DNA of 64,000 bases from Thermoplasmata archaeon (GTDB taxonomy: Archaea; Thermoplasmatota; Thermoplasmata; RBG-16-68-12; JAJISG01), in NCBI GenBank assembly GCA_046758325.1, contig JBHHZZ010000005.1:150-64149 (forward strand). The letters are read 5' to 3'. Both the position numbers and the translations under genes were made by a program. The notes under the pieces are model-generated. The model did not search any database. It worked only from the letters and a program-made list of their open reading frames with translations, and was not told the origin of the DNA. This document shows positions 39,739 through 48,911 of the stretch, piece after piece (position 1 is the first letter of the stretch; each line of letters begins with the position of its first letter).

Positions 39739-40650
39739 GTGCGTCTGGGACTTTTTGACGATTTCAAGCCCAAGGAGAAGCCTAAGGAGGAGGAGCCCGT
39801 AGTCGTCAAGACAGGGCTCAGGATATCCCCCCGGGAGGGAGAGGAGAAGAGGATGGTGACGGCCGGCGTCCAGGTGGAGTATCCCCTGATCGTGGAGAAC
39901 GTGGGGACGAGGGACGAGGCGATCTCCATCAAGGTCGATATGGTCCCTGGATCAGAAGTCTGCGAGCCCTCGGACTGGATTGTGAAGCTCTCGGGGGTGG
40001 AGGACAAGGTATGGGACATCACCTTCACGGGCATCTATGAGAAGGAGATGGATGTGCCGAAGGGTCAGTCCCGCGACCTCACCCTCTCCGTCACAGCTCC
40101 GCGGGGTGCCCGCTACGGCGACCGCCTCAACATCATCGTGACGATTACCTCCCAGGAGGATCCGGCTGTCTCCGACTCCGTTACCCTCTCCACGGGAACG
40201 AGGCAGACGGTCATGGCCGTGAAGACCTCCATAGGCCACGAGAGGCCCGTGGCGGACTCCGTAGCCTCCAGGGCGAAGGCCAGTGACGCCGGCATATACT
40301 CCGTCCTCTCCCCCACCACCATGCGTGGCTACGTCTTCGTCGAGGTCATGAACGCGGAGAAGCTGCAGCAGATGGTAAAGGGCATCCGCCGGGCCCGGGG
40401 CCTCGTGAGGGGAGAGACCAGCCTGGACGAGATTACCCACTTCCTCACGCCGAAGCCGCTGGTGTCTGGCATCATGGAGGGGGACATAGTGGAGCTAGTC
40501 TCCGGACCCTTCAAGGGAGAGAAGGCCAGGGTGATGCATATCGACGAGGCCAAAGAGGAGATCACGGTGGAGCTCTTCGAGGCCATGGTGCCCATCCCCG
40601 TGACTGTTCGGGGGGACAGCGTGCGGGTCATCGAGAAGGAGGAGAGGTAG
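39739..40650 (+). CDS. spt5: transcription elongation factor Spt5/NusG (NGN+KOW), with an in-frame ~120-158-aa N-terminal beta-sandwich (CARDB-like) extension
   Basis: Canonical Spt5 core begins at Met 40213 ('MAVKTSIGHERP...GYVFVEVMNAEK...GDIVELVSGPFKGEKARV'). The frame stays open upstream to a GTG at 39739; an ATG at 39853 follows GGAGAGGAG. Confidence 0.7.
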   Translation: MRLGLFDDFKPKEKPKEEEPVVVKTGLRISPREGEEKRMVTAGVQVEYPLIVENVGTRDEAISIKVDMVPGSEVCEPSDWIVKLSGVEDKVWDITFTGIYEKEMDVPKGQSRDLTLSVTAPRGARYGDRLNIIVTITSQEDPAVSDSVTLSTGTRQTVMAVKTSIGHERPVADSVASRAKASDAGIYSVLSPTTMRGYVFVEVMNAEKLQQMVKGIRRARGLVRGETSLDEITHFLTPKPLVSGIMEGDIVELVSGPFKGEKARVMHIDEAKEEITVELFEAMVPIPVTVRGDSVRVIEKEER

Positions 40651-40651
40651 C

Positions 40652-41131
40652 TTGGTGGAGACCATAGACGTGCTCGTGGAGGGTGGGAAGGCCACTGCCG
40701 GCCCCCCCGTCGGTCCCGCCCTAGGACCCCTCGGCCTGAACATCATGCAGGTTGTCGAGGCTATCAACGAAAGGACCTCCAGTTTCGAGGGCATGAAAGT
40801 GCCCGTCAGGATATTCGTGGACCCTACCAGGGGGACCTTCGAACTAGAGGTGGGGACGCCGCCCACGTCGGCTCTCATCCTCAAGGAGACGGGAGAGGAG
40901 AAGGGGTCAGGAACTCCGGGAAGGGAGAGGATTGGCGACCTAACCCTCAAGCAGGTGGTGCGGATCGCCCGCATGAAGGCAGAGAACACCTTGGGTTCAG
41001 GACTCAAGGAAAAGGTCCTGGAGGTCCTGGGAACCTGCGTCTCCCTCGGCGTCGCCGTGGAGGGAAAGGGTCCGAGAGAGGTCCAGTCCGAAGTTCAGCA
41101 AGGACTTCACGATGAGTTTCTCGGTGGATGA
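40652..41131 (+). CDS. rpl11: 50S ribosomal protein L11
   Basis: 'PPVGPALGPLGLNIMQVVEAIN' L11 signature. TTG/GTG start. Confidence 0.85.
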   Translation: MVETIDVLVEGGKATAGPPVGPALGPLGLNIMQVVEAINERTSSFEGMKVPVRIFVDPTRGTFELEVGTPPTSALILKETGEEKGSGTPGRERIGDLTLKQVVRIARMKAENTLGSGLKEKVLEVLGTCVSLGVAVEGKGPREVQSEVQQGLHDEFLGG

Positions 41132-41178
41132 CAACGGGAAGTAAACGGCCAAGAAAGGCTGATTCATGTTCTCTGGCC

Positions 41179-44100
41179 TTATTCCCCTCTCCGATTCCTT
41201 CTCACAACCAATACCACGGCTATTATGAGAATCGTTGCCGCGATGCCGAATATCGCGCCAGTAACCACTGCATCTCCCCAAGCCGCGGTCTCATCACCCA
41301 CCACGACCACATCTAGCCTCTGCTCGGTCCCCCTGTTTCCAAGGGCGTCGATAGCATAGTACAGAATAGTGACATCCTCCCGTACCTCGATTGGCCCGAC
41401 ATACTGATGCCATGTCCCACCGTCATCAAGGCTGTAATAGATGATTTCACCACCGACACCGAGGTCGCTAGCGCTCAGTGAGATTGTCTGACCCGGCTCG
41501 ATTTCCAGCGTGCCCGATGTGGTAGGGTCGGGCGCCACCGATACGGTGGGTGAGTAGTCGTCCACGAAGGCATTGTATGATGCTGTGAACCCCCTGTGGC
41601 CAAGCCTATCAACGGCATAGTAGTCTATGGTGTGGACTCCGACACCGTCCACCGTGAAATTGCCAGCATACTCCGTCCACGCCCCGGAGTCTATCCTATA
41701 CCAAATGGACATCACTCCCGCGCCGGCATCAGCGGCGGAGAGGCTGAACTCTGTAGAGGATGTGACGTAGGTTGGAGAGAATCCATACCGCGGTTCGCCA
41801 ATCGCAAGGATGCTTGTCGGGGCGTCGTCGTCCACAACAACCTCGAACGACTGTATCACTTCGGTGTTGCCTACATTGTCGATGGCATAGTAGTCTATGG
41901 TGTGGACTCCGACACCGTCCACCGTGAAATTGCCAGCATACTCCGTCCACGCCCCGGAGTCTATCCGATACCATATCGACGCAACCCCTGCCCCGCCGTC
42001 GACCGTCGTCAAGCTGAACTCCGTAGACGCGTTCACATAGGTCGGAGACGCACCGTACTGAGGCTGTCCGACCTCAAGCATGCTCGTGGGAACCTCGTCG
42101 TCCACGAGAATGTCGTATGATTGTATGGGCACGTCATGTCCCAGGTAGCTTGTTCCATAGTAGCGGATTGTGTGTTCGCCTGCAGAACTCACGGTGAAGT
42201 TCCCTGCATACAGTGTCCAAGCATCGAGGTCTATCCGATACCATATCGAAGCTAGTCCCTTGTCGACGTCCTCGCCAGATAGGTTGAACTCAGTCGATGA
42301 AGTCACGTAGGTCGGCGACGTGCCGTACTGTGGCTGGCCGACGGTTATGTTTGGTATGCTCCCTTGATTTACAGTGTCGACAGCATCGCGGATGGTTTGC
42401 CAGAGATTCTTGTCTTCAGCTAGGGCGTAGGTGAAGAGAAAAACCTCACTGGCACCCGCCTCCTTGACCCAACTTATGTTCTGTCCGAACCACCCTTCAT
42501 CCCCGATCTCAACGTCATAGAGATAAAGGGAAGTGACGATCCTCCTGGCGCCAGCATCCCGTAGCCAACCTATCGCCGTCTTTATGCCTTCCTCACCAAA
42601 CCCCAACATGAGATAGGGCGCGTCGACGGCCTCCGCTATTCCCTCCCAATCGTACCCATTGTCCCAGTAGACCCACGGGTGTGACATAAGATGCGGCCTT
42701 AGAGGAATATCGGACCCCGCATCGCGGATATACTGCTGCAACAGGCTCAGAAGCTCTGTTACCTGCCCAGCCCTCCAGACATACCACATGTCCAAGAGCG
42801 TCTGATTGTCCTTTGTGAACTGCGCTCTCTCCGGAATGGTATCGCCCGGAACCGAGACGTTTGTCTCGTTCTCAAACTTATTCACTGTAAAATTGTCAAA
42901 GCTCGCATCGTACAGGAATTGGAAATCGTCGTTGATGTCGATGCCGTCGAAGCCCAGGTCGACCAGTTCCCCCATCAAGCCTTTCAACTGGGCAAGGTAT
43001 TCCGGAGCACCGAGGACTCGCGATGGCGGAATGATCGGCCAGTAATCGGCAGGCGTGCCGTTCGATAGGATCTGAATCCACTCCGGATGCCGCGATTCGT
43101 TCAGCCAATACGAATTGGGCATAGCCAACCACGCATAAACCTTCAAGCCTTGAGTATGGGCGTAGTCGACGACTTCCCTAATATGATCATCAGGCATCCA
43201 TTCTGGCTTAGGCAAGTATTCTGAGGGCCACAGTGCAACTCCACTCCCCACCGATATGAGAACGGCCGAGCCCCCTACGCCTTTGATCTTCTCGACTCCG
43301 AGGGTATAGTCGCACAGAGCTTGCCATTGCTCGCAGATCAGATAGGTGCCCAGGACAAAGGTGTCCAGTACCACATTTGTGACGATGCTTATCGAATCTT
43401 CAGAGCCTAGGATTCTATCAGAGGTTACTGTAACAACGACGGTGTACTTCCCCAGGTCAGCGTCTCCCACCGTTAAGGTTACGTTAGTTGAAGAACCCGG
43501 TCCCAGATCTGTGATCGAGGTCTGAGTCAGTTCCGCCATACTTGCGTTGTCAACATTGTCTACCGTCAGGGTAAAGTTGTCAGATACATTCCCGTCATTG
43601 GTCACAACGATCTCGTACGCAGCGTTCGTGGTGGTGTTTACCACCTGATGCCCTGGATGTGTCAGACGAACTCTGTAGAGTCCTGAGTCGACGAAGAACT
43701 GTCTGGTCTCGGATTGTACTTCATTGATCCCGTCAGATGCCCTGACGTGCCAGTAGTAGGTCCCCTGTCTCAGCCTGTAATGGTCCTTGATTTCCTGAGC
43801 GCTGAGGGCTCTACTGTACACGGCCACTTCGTCTATTGTCCCGTTGAAAAAATCACCAAACCAATAATTGGCCTTGCCTATGGTCCAAGGTCTGTCAAGA
43901 TCACTTACTCCGTTCACAACCGTAGCATTATCTCTCTCTTGCCCGTCGACATACAGCCTTAAGGTCTGATTATCATAGGTTGCCGCGACGTGATGCCACA
44001 CGCCCACGTGAGTTCCGGCTGGCAATTCGTATGAAACAATGGGCTGGATCGTTCTGTTGCCCACCCAAGCGTGGATATACCCCCAGCTGTACTGAACTCT

Positions 44101-44817
44101 CAAGTAAGTCTCGTTATTCCCCCACCCCACTCTTCCAGCAATATAACCAATGTGGCCAGACAGATCCGGGTTTATCCAAGCTTCTACGCTTCTGTCAGCC
44201 GAATTGAACTCGGGACTGTGGGCAACCTCGACGTAATCATCCACCCTATCGTACTTGAAGGCTCCAGCAAATTTGCCGCCGGTCTGGTCAAAGATTGCAC
44301 CACCGTAGACGGTTCCGTTGTTCCCATTCCCACTCGAATCGTAGACGATTGTGTCATTCTCTCCATATTCGCTTCTTCCATCGAAGTGCAGCAACAGCAC
44401 CGTACTAGGATTGGGAGTGATGGGCAGTGAGTCCAGATCATAGGTTGATGTGGTTCCACTGGCTACGTTGGTCTCCCGGTAGACCAGTCGATGTGCTTCC
44501 GAGATATTCAGGCTCTCGTCGGCAAGGAATCTGATCGTCATTGCTTCATCATCCTCATCGCTGAAGGTGGCGTTGAGAATGATGTTCAAAGCCCCCTGAG
44601 TGAAGTTGGTGTTGTTCGGGGGGCCGTTAAGCGTTATGGTTGGGGCCTTCAGAGAATGAACAACATCGTCAGGGTGAACGCCAGCAGGTGGAAGGGACTC
44701 ACTCATCAGGTCACCATGTTGGTATGCTTGTGGACTCGTCATCATAATGGCAAGCGACACCACTATGACAGCCGCAACTCCTCTCTTCACTTCATCCCAT
44801 TTCATCGATTCCATCAT
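41179..44817 (-). CDS. large secreted/membrane-anchored surface glycoprotein candidate: signal peptide, LamG/ConA-like lectin domain, CARDB-like domain, glycoside-hydrolase-like TIM-barrel region, 4 tandem ~93-aa beta-sandwich repeats, C-terminal TM anchor
   Basis: 1212 aa. N-terminal hydrophobic signal. LamG pattern in 'LLHFDGRSEY...DEVAVYSRALSAQEI'. Repeats carry 'IWYRIDSGAWTEYAGNFTV...HTIDYYA.D..GN'. C-terminal 'AIFGIAATILIIAVVLVVRRNRRGE'. More than 25 N-x-S/T sequons. Confidence 0.75.
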   Translation of the reverse strand: MMESMKWDEVKRGVAAVIVVSLAIMMTSPQAYQHGDLMSESLPPAGVHPDDVVHSLKAPTITLNGPPNNTNFTQGALNIILNATFSDEDDEAMTIRFLADESLNISEAHRLVYRETNVASGTTSTYDLDSLPITPNPSTVLLLHFDGRSEYGENDTIVYDSSGNGNNGTVYGGAIFDQTGGKFAGAFKYDRVDDYVEVAHSPEFNSADRSVEAWINPDLSGHIGYIAGRVGWGNNETYLRVQYSWGYIHAWVGNRTIQPIVSYELPAGTHVGVWHHVAATYDNQTLRLYVDGQERDNATVVNGVSDLDRPWTIGKANYWFGDFFNGTIDEVAVYSRALSAQEIKDHYRLRQGTYYWHVRASDGINEVQSETRQFFVDSGLYRVRLTHPGHQVVNTTTNAAYEIVVTNDGNVSDNFTLTVDNVDNASMAELTQTSITDLGPGSSTNVTLTVGDADLGKYTVVVTVTSDRILGSEDSISIVTNVVLDTFVLGTYLICEQWQALCDYTLGVEKIKGVGGSAVLISVGSGVALWPSEYLPKPEWMPDDHIREVVDYAHTQGLKVYAWLAMPNSYWLNESRHPEWIQILSNGTPADYWPIIPPSRVLGAPEYLAQLKGLMGELVDLGFDGIDINDDFQFLYDASFDNFTVNKFENETNVSVPGDTIPERAQFTKDNQTLLDMWYVWRAGQVTELLSLLQQYIRDAGSDIPLRPHLMSHPWVYWDNGYDWEGIAEAVDAPYLMLGFGEEGIKTAIGWLRDAGARRIVTSLYLYDVEIGDEGWFGQNISWVKEAGASEVFLFTYALAEDKNLWQTIRDAVDTVNQGSIPNITVGQPQYGTSPTYVTSSTEFNLSGEDVDKGLASIWYRIDLDAWTLYAGNFTVSSAGEHTIRYYGTSYLGHDVPIQSYDILVDDEVPTSMLEVGQPQYGASPTYVNASTEFSLTTVDGGAGVASIWYRIDSGAWTEYAGNFTVDGVGVHTIDYYAIDNVGNTEVIQSFEVVVDDDAPTSILAIGEPRYGFSPTYVTSSTEFSLSAADAGAGVMSIWYRIDSGAWTEYAGNFTVDGVGVHTIDYYAVDRLGHRGFTASYNAFVDDYSPTVSVAPDPTTSGTLEIEPGQTISLSASDLGVGGEIIYYSLDDGGTWHQYVGPIEVREDVTILYYAIDALGNRGTEQRLDVVVVGDETAAWGDAVVTGAIFGIAATILIIAVVLVVRRNRRGE
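41540..42660. repeat. four tandem ~279-bp coding repeats inside the surface-protein gene (copies 2 and 3 share ~95-bp identical stretches)
   Basis: Near-identical DNA at 41611.. and 41889... The antisense ORF 41596..42120 shows the same internal duplication. Confidence 0.6.
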
Positions 44818-44854
44818 CTTTTCCTTGGCCAGTACGAAAATCGTTAGTATGACT

Positions 44855-44862
44855 ATAAAAGA
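44855..44862 (-). promoter_or_regulatory. TATA-like element (TTTTATAG on the minus strand) about 40 nt upstream of the surface-protein start
   Basis: AT-rich segment 'gactataaaagagtac' in the intergenic region. Confidence 0.3.
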
Positions 44863-45191
44863 GTACTTGCCCGGGTCTCAGACTCGATTATCAACCTCAC
44901 TGTCACGAGTTTCCGATAGTGCGTTTCCGTCATCCATGTCGAAGCAGGTGATCCCCTTTTGGACACCAAGGAGGTTGCACAGCGCAGACCGATTACCCAT
45001 TCATCGGTGCTAGAGCTGGTTTTCCAGCAATGTGGTTCGTTCCCAGCCCCGTGTCAATTCAGCAGATGCCGAGCTTCTCCCTCCTCCTGGCCTAGGCCGG
45101 GAGAATCCCGAACGGTTCCAAAAGCTTATATTCCCCGTCCATCATGGTATGGCCTCCTGTAGGAGGCGGTGGCCGCTGGTACTACAGAGGG

Positions 45192-45836
45192 ATGTATTTG
45201 GCCGACAAGAAGCTCGTTGAAGCAATCGAAAAGGCCCTAAAGGAGGCCAAACCCAGGAACTTCAAAGAGAGCGTGGAGATATCTATCAACCTGAAGGACG
45301 TCGACCTCACCCTGCCCCGAAACAGAATCGAGGGCGAGGTTGTCCTTCCGAAGGGAAGGGGGAAGGAGGTCAAGGTTGCCCTCTTTGCCAGCGGGGAGAT
45401 GGCCGTTAAGGCGCGGGGGGTCGCAGACCTCATAGTGCCCCCCGAGGAGATTGAGGGTCTGGCAGAGGAGAAGGCCAAGGCGAAGAGGCTCGCAAGAGAG
45501 TACGACTTCTTCGTCGCCGAGGCCCCCCTGATGCCTGCCGTTGGCCGACGTCTGGGAACCGTCCTCGGACCCCGGGGAAAGATGCCCCGCCCCATCCCAC
45601 CCGGAACGGATCCGGTCCCCACCATCAAGAGCCTGAAAAACGCCGTCAAGCTCCGTTCGAAGGACAAGCCCACCTTCCATGCCCCCGTCGGGACGAGGGA
45701 CATGAAGCCCGGCGACCTGGCAGAGAACGTGGAGACCATTCTGAAGAGGGTGGAGGCGAAGCTGCCCCGGGGCCGTTTCAACATAGGCTCCGTATACGTG
45801 AAGACCACCATGGGACCTGCCGTGAGGATGATGTAG
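45192..45836 (+). CDS. rpl1: 50S ribosomal protein L1
   Basis: 'FKESVEISINLK', 'KMPRPIPPGTD', 'HAPVGT' L1 motifs. Start at MYLADKK, preceded by GAGGG. Confidence 0.85.
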   Translation: MYLADKKLVEAIEKALKEAKPRNFKESVEISINLKDVDLTLPRNRIEGEVVLPKGRGKEVKVALFASGEMAVKARGVADLIVPPEEIEGLAEEKAKAKRLAREYDFFVAEAPLMPAVGRRLGTVLGPRGKMPRPIPPGTDPVPTIKSLKNAVKLRSKDKPTFHAPVGTRDMKPGDLAENVETILKRVEAKLPRGRFNIGSVYVKTTMGPAVRMM

Positions 45837-46829
45837 ATGGCGGAAACCGCGGTGCATCCAAGAAAGGCTCAGATTGCCGAGGAACTGAAGGAGTTGCTCG
45901 TCGGGAGCCGAGTGGTGGGCCTAGTCGGCGTGACGGGCATCCCTGCCCCGCAGATGCAGAAGATCCGGGCCGGACTCAGAGACAGGGTCGAGCTGAGGGT
46001 TGTGAAGAACAGGCTGTTGCTCAGGGCCCTGGAGGCAGCGGCCAAGGAGATGAAGGGCGTGGAGAAGCTGGAGGACCTCATCCATGGGCAGACGGCCCTG
46101 GTCCTGACGGACTCCAACCCTTTCAAGCTCTTCAAGGAGCTGGAGGCGACCAAGACGAAGGCTCCCGCCAGAGGTGGCGAGATCGCTCCCGAGGACATCG
46201 AGGTGAAGGAAGGGGACACCCCCTTCAAGCCTGGTCCCGTGGTGGGAGATCTGCAGAAGGCGGGAATTCCTGCCGCCATCGAAGGAGGAAAGGTCGTAAT
46301 AAAGAAGGACAAGGTCCTGGTGGAGAAGGGCCAGAGGATTCCCAGGAATGTGGCTCAGGTCCTCGCCAGGCTGGAGATCTTCCCGATGACGGTGGGCCTG
46401 GACCTGCGGGGCGTCTACGAGGATGGCCGCCTCTTCACCAGGGACGTGCTGGCAGTGGACGATGAGGAGATACGACGACAGATGATCACTGCGTTCCTCA
46501 GCGGCGTGAGCCTATCCCTGGCCATCGCCTTTCCGACCAGGTCTACGGTCGTCCTGCTGCTGGCGGACGCCCACCGTAGGGCCTTGGGTCTGGGTGTGGC
46601 CATGAGGTTCCCCGAGGAGGAAGTGCTTCCTCACTTGCTTTCCCGGGCCCATGCGGAGGTCACCGCCTTGGCATCGAGGGTTCCGGAGGCCCTGGGCAAG
46701 GACCAGGGGGCCGTGGTTGAGTCGCCTCCCCTAGAGGAGGCGTCAGAAGAGAAGACCCGAAAGAAGGAAGAAGAGAAAGGTGAAGGGGAGGAAGAGGCCG
46801 CTGCGGGCCTTAACTCCCTCTCAGAATGA
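45837..46829 (+). CDS. rpl10: 50S ribosomal protein L10 / acidic P0
   Basis: P0 N-terminal domain and acidic C-terminal tail '[11 protein letters not shown]'. Starts directly after the rpl1 stop. Confidence 0.85.
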   Translation: MAETAVHPRKAQIAEELKELLVGSRVVGLVGVTGIPAPQMQKIRAGLRDRVELRVVKNRLLLRALEAAAKEMKGVEKLEDLIHGQTALVLTDSNPFKLFKELEATKTKAPARGGEIAPEDIEVKEGDTPFKPGPVVGDLQKAGIPAAIEGGKVVIKKDKVLVEKGQRIPRNVAQVLARLEIFPMTVGLDLRGVYEDGRLFTRDVLAVDDEEIRRQMITAFLSGVSLSLAIAFPTRSTVVLLLADAHRRALGLGVAMRFPEEEVLPHLLSRAHAEVTALASRVPEALGKDQGAVVESPPLEEASEEKTRKKEEEKGEGEEEAAAGLNSLSE

Positions 46830-46848
46830 GGATCCAGGAGGTGAACGA

Positions 46849-47154
46849 ATGGAGTACATATACGGAGCGATGCTCCTGCACGCTGCGGGAAAGGAGGTCA
46901 AAGAGACAAGCCTGAAAAAGGTCCTGAAGGCTGCTGGTATAGAGCCAGACGAGACTAGAGTGAAGGCCCTCACAGCCGCCTTGGAGGGAGTGGACATCGA
47001 GGAAGCCATCAAGAGCGCCACCCTCGCACCCGCCGCTCCTGCACCCGTCGCAGCGGAGAAGAAAGAGGAGAAGAAGGAAAAGAAGAAAGAAGAGGAGGAG
47101 AAGGTAACCGAGGAGGAGGCAGCCGCGGGCCTCGGTGCCCTGTTCGGCTTCTGA
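46849..47154 (+). CDS. rpl12: 50S ribosomal protein L12 / P1 stalk protein
   Basis: '[17 protein letters not shown]', Ala/Pro hinge, KE-rich region, '[13 protein letters not shown]' tail. AGGAGGTGA 5 nt upstream. Confidence 0.85.
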   Translation: MEYIYGAMLLHAAGKEVKETSLKKVLKAAGIEPDETRVKALTAALEGVDIEEAIKSATLAPAAPAPVAAEKKEEKKEKKKEEEEKVTEEEAAAGLGALFGF

Positions 47155-47400
47155 ACCCTCTTCAGGGACCTTCCCAGACTCGGGTCCGCATCGACACTCG
47201 TCGTATCAGGGCCCACAGGCAAGGAAGGGGGCCTTCGCGTCTCCGAGGCTCCTCCTCCCACTCAGACGCGAGTCTTCTAACAAAATCATCAGCCTCAGAG
47301 AGAGCGAGGTGTCCGGCTTGGGAACACGTGGGGAAGGCTTCCTCCCGGGCGAATGAGATTCAATCATGGAGTGGACCTTCCGGCCACCCTCAAGGAGCCT

Positions 47401-48333
47401 CTACCCATCCTCTGAGGTCTCTGAGCCAAGACCACGTGCCACCGGCTCCACGTGAACTGTCGCTTCTGCCTTCAGCTCCTCCCTGATCTTGATTTCCACT
47501 CCAGACGCTATCTCGTGGGCCTCTTCGATGCTGAGGTGGTTGTCTACATCTACCGTGAGGGCCACAGCCTTCCGGAAGCCGTAGTCATGGACGGAGATAT
47601 CGTGTACCTTCCTCACTCCTGGGAGGGTCGAGGCAAGGTCCATGATATGCCTGACGAAGACCTCGCTGGGAGCCCTGCCCAGTAGACGGTCGCCAGCCGA
47701 GCGTAGCAGTCTTCCGCCGGTGTAGAGGATGATCCCGGACACGATGATACCGAAAAGGGGGTCCAGGATTCGCAGGGATCCACTCCAGCTCGTCATGTAT
47801 ATGGCCAAGGCGATGGCCCCCGTGAGCATTGCGTCATACCTGTGATTCCATGCGTCCCCCCGGACGACGTCGCTGTCTATCCGCTCGGCGATAGCGAAGG
47901 AGAAGCGGGCGAGGATCTCCTTGACCCCTGCCAGAACGCCTAGGATGAGGGCGAAGACCAGGCTACCGCGAATCGAGGGGTTGAAGAGTTCCCTCACGGA
48001 CTGCAGCAGGAGAAGAACGGCCACGAAGACCAGGAAGGCCGCCACCAGGAGGGCAGCCACATCCTCCAGCCTCCCGTGTCCGAAAGGATGCTCCCGATCC
48101 GCCTCTTTTCCGGCGTATCTGAATGCGAGGAGGATCATGAGGGATATGCCCACGTCTCCCAGCTGGTTGAAGGCGTCCGTGAGGACAGCCACGCTCCCCA
48201 GGAAGGAGGCAATGAAGATCTTTGAGGAAAACAGGGACATGTTGACCACAATGGCCACGGTGGACTGGAAATACCCATACCGGGCCCTCGTCCTAGGGTC
48301 CGACGCGTCGCCCAGATCAGGTAGGAAACCCAC
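47401..48333 (-). CDS. cation diffusion facilitator (CDF) family transporter
   Basis: 6 TM plus a cytoplasmic C-terminal domain. 'HPFGHGR' and 'DAWNHRYD' metal-site motifs. Confidence 0.8.
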   Translation of the reverse strand: MGFLPDLGDASDPRTRARYGYFQSTVAIVVNMSLFSSKIFIASFLGSVAVLTDAFNQLGDVGISLMILLAFRYAGKEADREHPFGHGRLEDVAALLVAAFLVFVAVLLLLQSVRELFNPSIRGSLVFALILGVLAGVKEILARFSFAIAERIDSDVVRGDAWNHRYDAMLTGAIALAIYMTSWSGSLRILDPLFGIIVSGIILYTGGRLLRSAGDRLLGRAPSEVFVRHIMDLASTLPGVRKVHDISVHDYGFRKAVALTVDVDNHLSIEEAHEIASGVEIKIREELKAEATVHVEPVARGLGSETSEDG

Positions 48334-48472
48334 AGGTGAAGATAACTCCCCCCTACTTAGAAATTGACCATCCAGGGAAGGCCTACGTCCTGCAGCAACT
48401 ACCTACGCGCGGGTGATGAGAGAACTCTTGCTGAGCGCGCTGCCGCGACGAGGATCTTGAGTGCTGATTCCC

Positions 48473-48790
48473 TCATAGCTTCCCCTCCTTGGCCCGTTTC
48501 TGAAGCCGCGCCCTCCTCTGCTTCGAGGTGAACCCGGTGGCTCTCTCCAGGAAGGCGTTGTAGGCGCGAACGGTCTCCCCCGCCGTCTGGTTGTCCACGT
48601 CTCTGCTCATATCCATCTCTACATAGAGGAACTTGCCGTCCGTCCAGACAGCCATATCCCTTATGGCGCCGTAGCTGACGCGCATCCTCCCCTCAACCCC
48701 ATCTACCTCCCCAAATCCCCTAAGGATTCGTCTGAGGCCATCACCCTCCAGCTCCCTGAAGTGTCCCCTCTTGATGTCGTAGGTCTGCAT
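48473..48790 (-). CDS. hypothetical protein
   Basis: 105-aa ORF, no diagnostic motif. Confidence 0.35.
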   Translation of the reverse strand: MQTYDIKRGHFRELEGDGLRRILRGFGEVDGVEGRMRVSYGAIRDMAVWTDGKFLYVEMDMSRDVDNQTAGETVRAYNAFLERATGFTSKQRRARLQKRAKEGKL

Positions 48791-48911
48791 TCTCAGTCCG
48801 ATATCTCCAATCCGAGGCCAATCAAAAAGACTTCGACTTCTATTGGAGCAATGGTTGAACCCTTAAGGCAAGTATGCATTAGCTTGGGGCCCTATGCCAA
48901 CAGCCTGGTCG

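Noticed and set aside
39733-39741. AGGAGG directly abutting the GTG at 39739 as the Spt5-extension start
   Set aside because: Zero spacing between the SD-like element and the start codon is non-functional. The ATG at 39853 with GGAGAGGAG upstream is the more plausible start if the extension is translated.
41596-42120. Plus-strand 174-aa ORF with internal duplication inside the surface-protein gene
   Set aside because: It is an artefact of the tandem coding repeats on the minus strand, not an independent gene.
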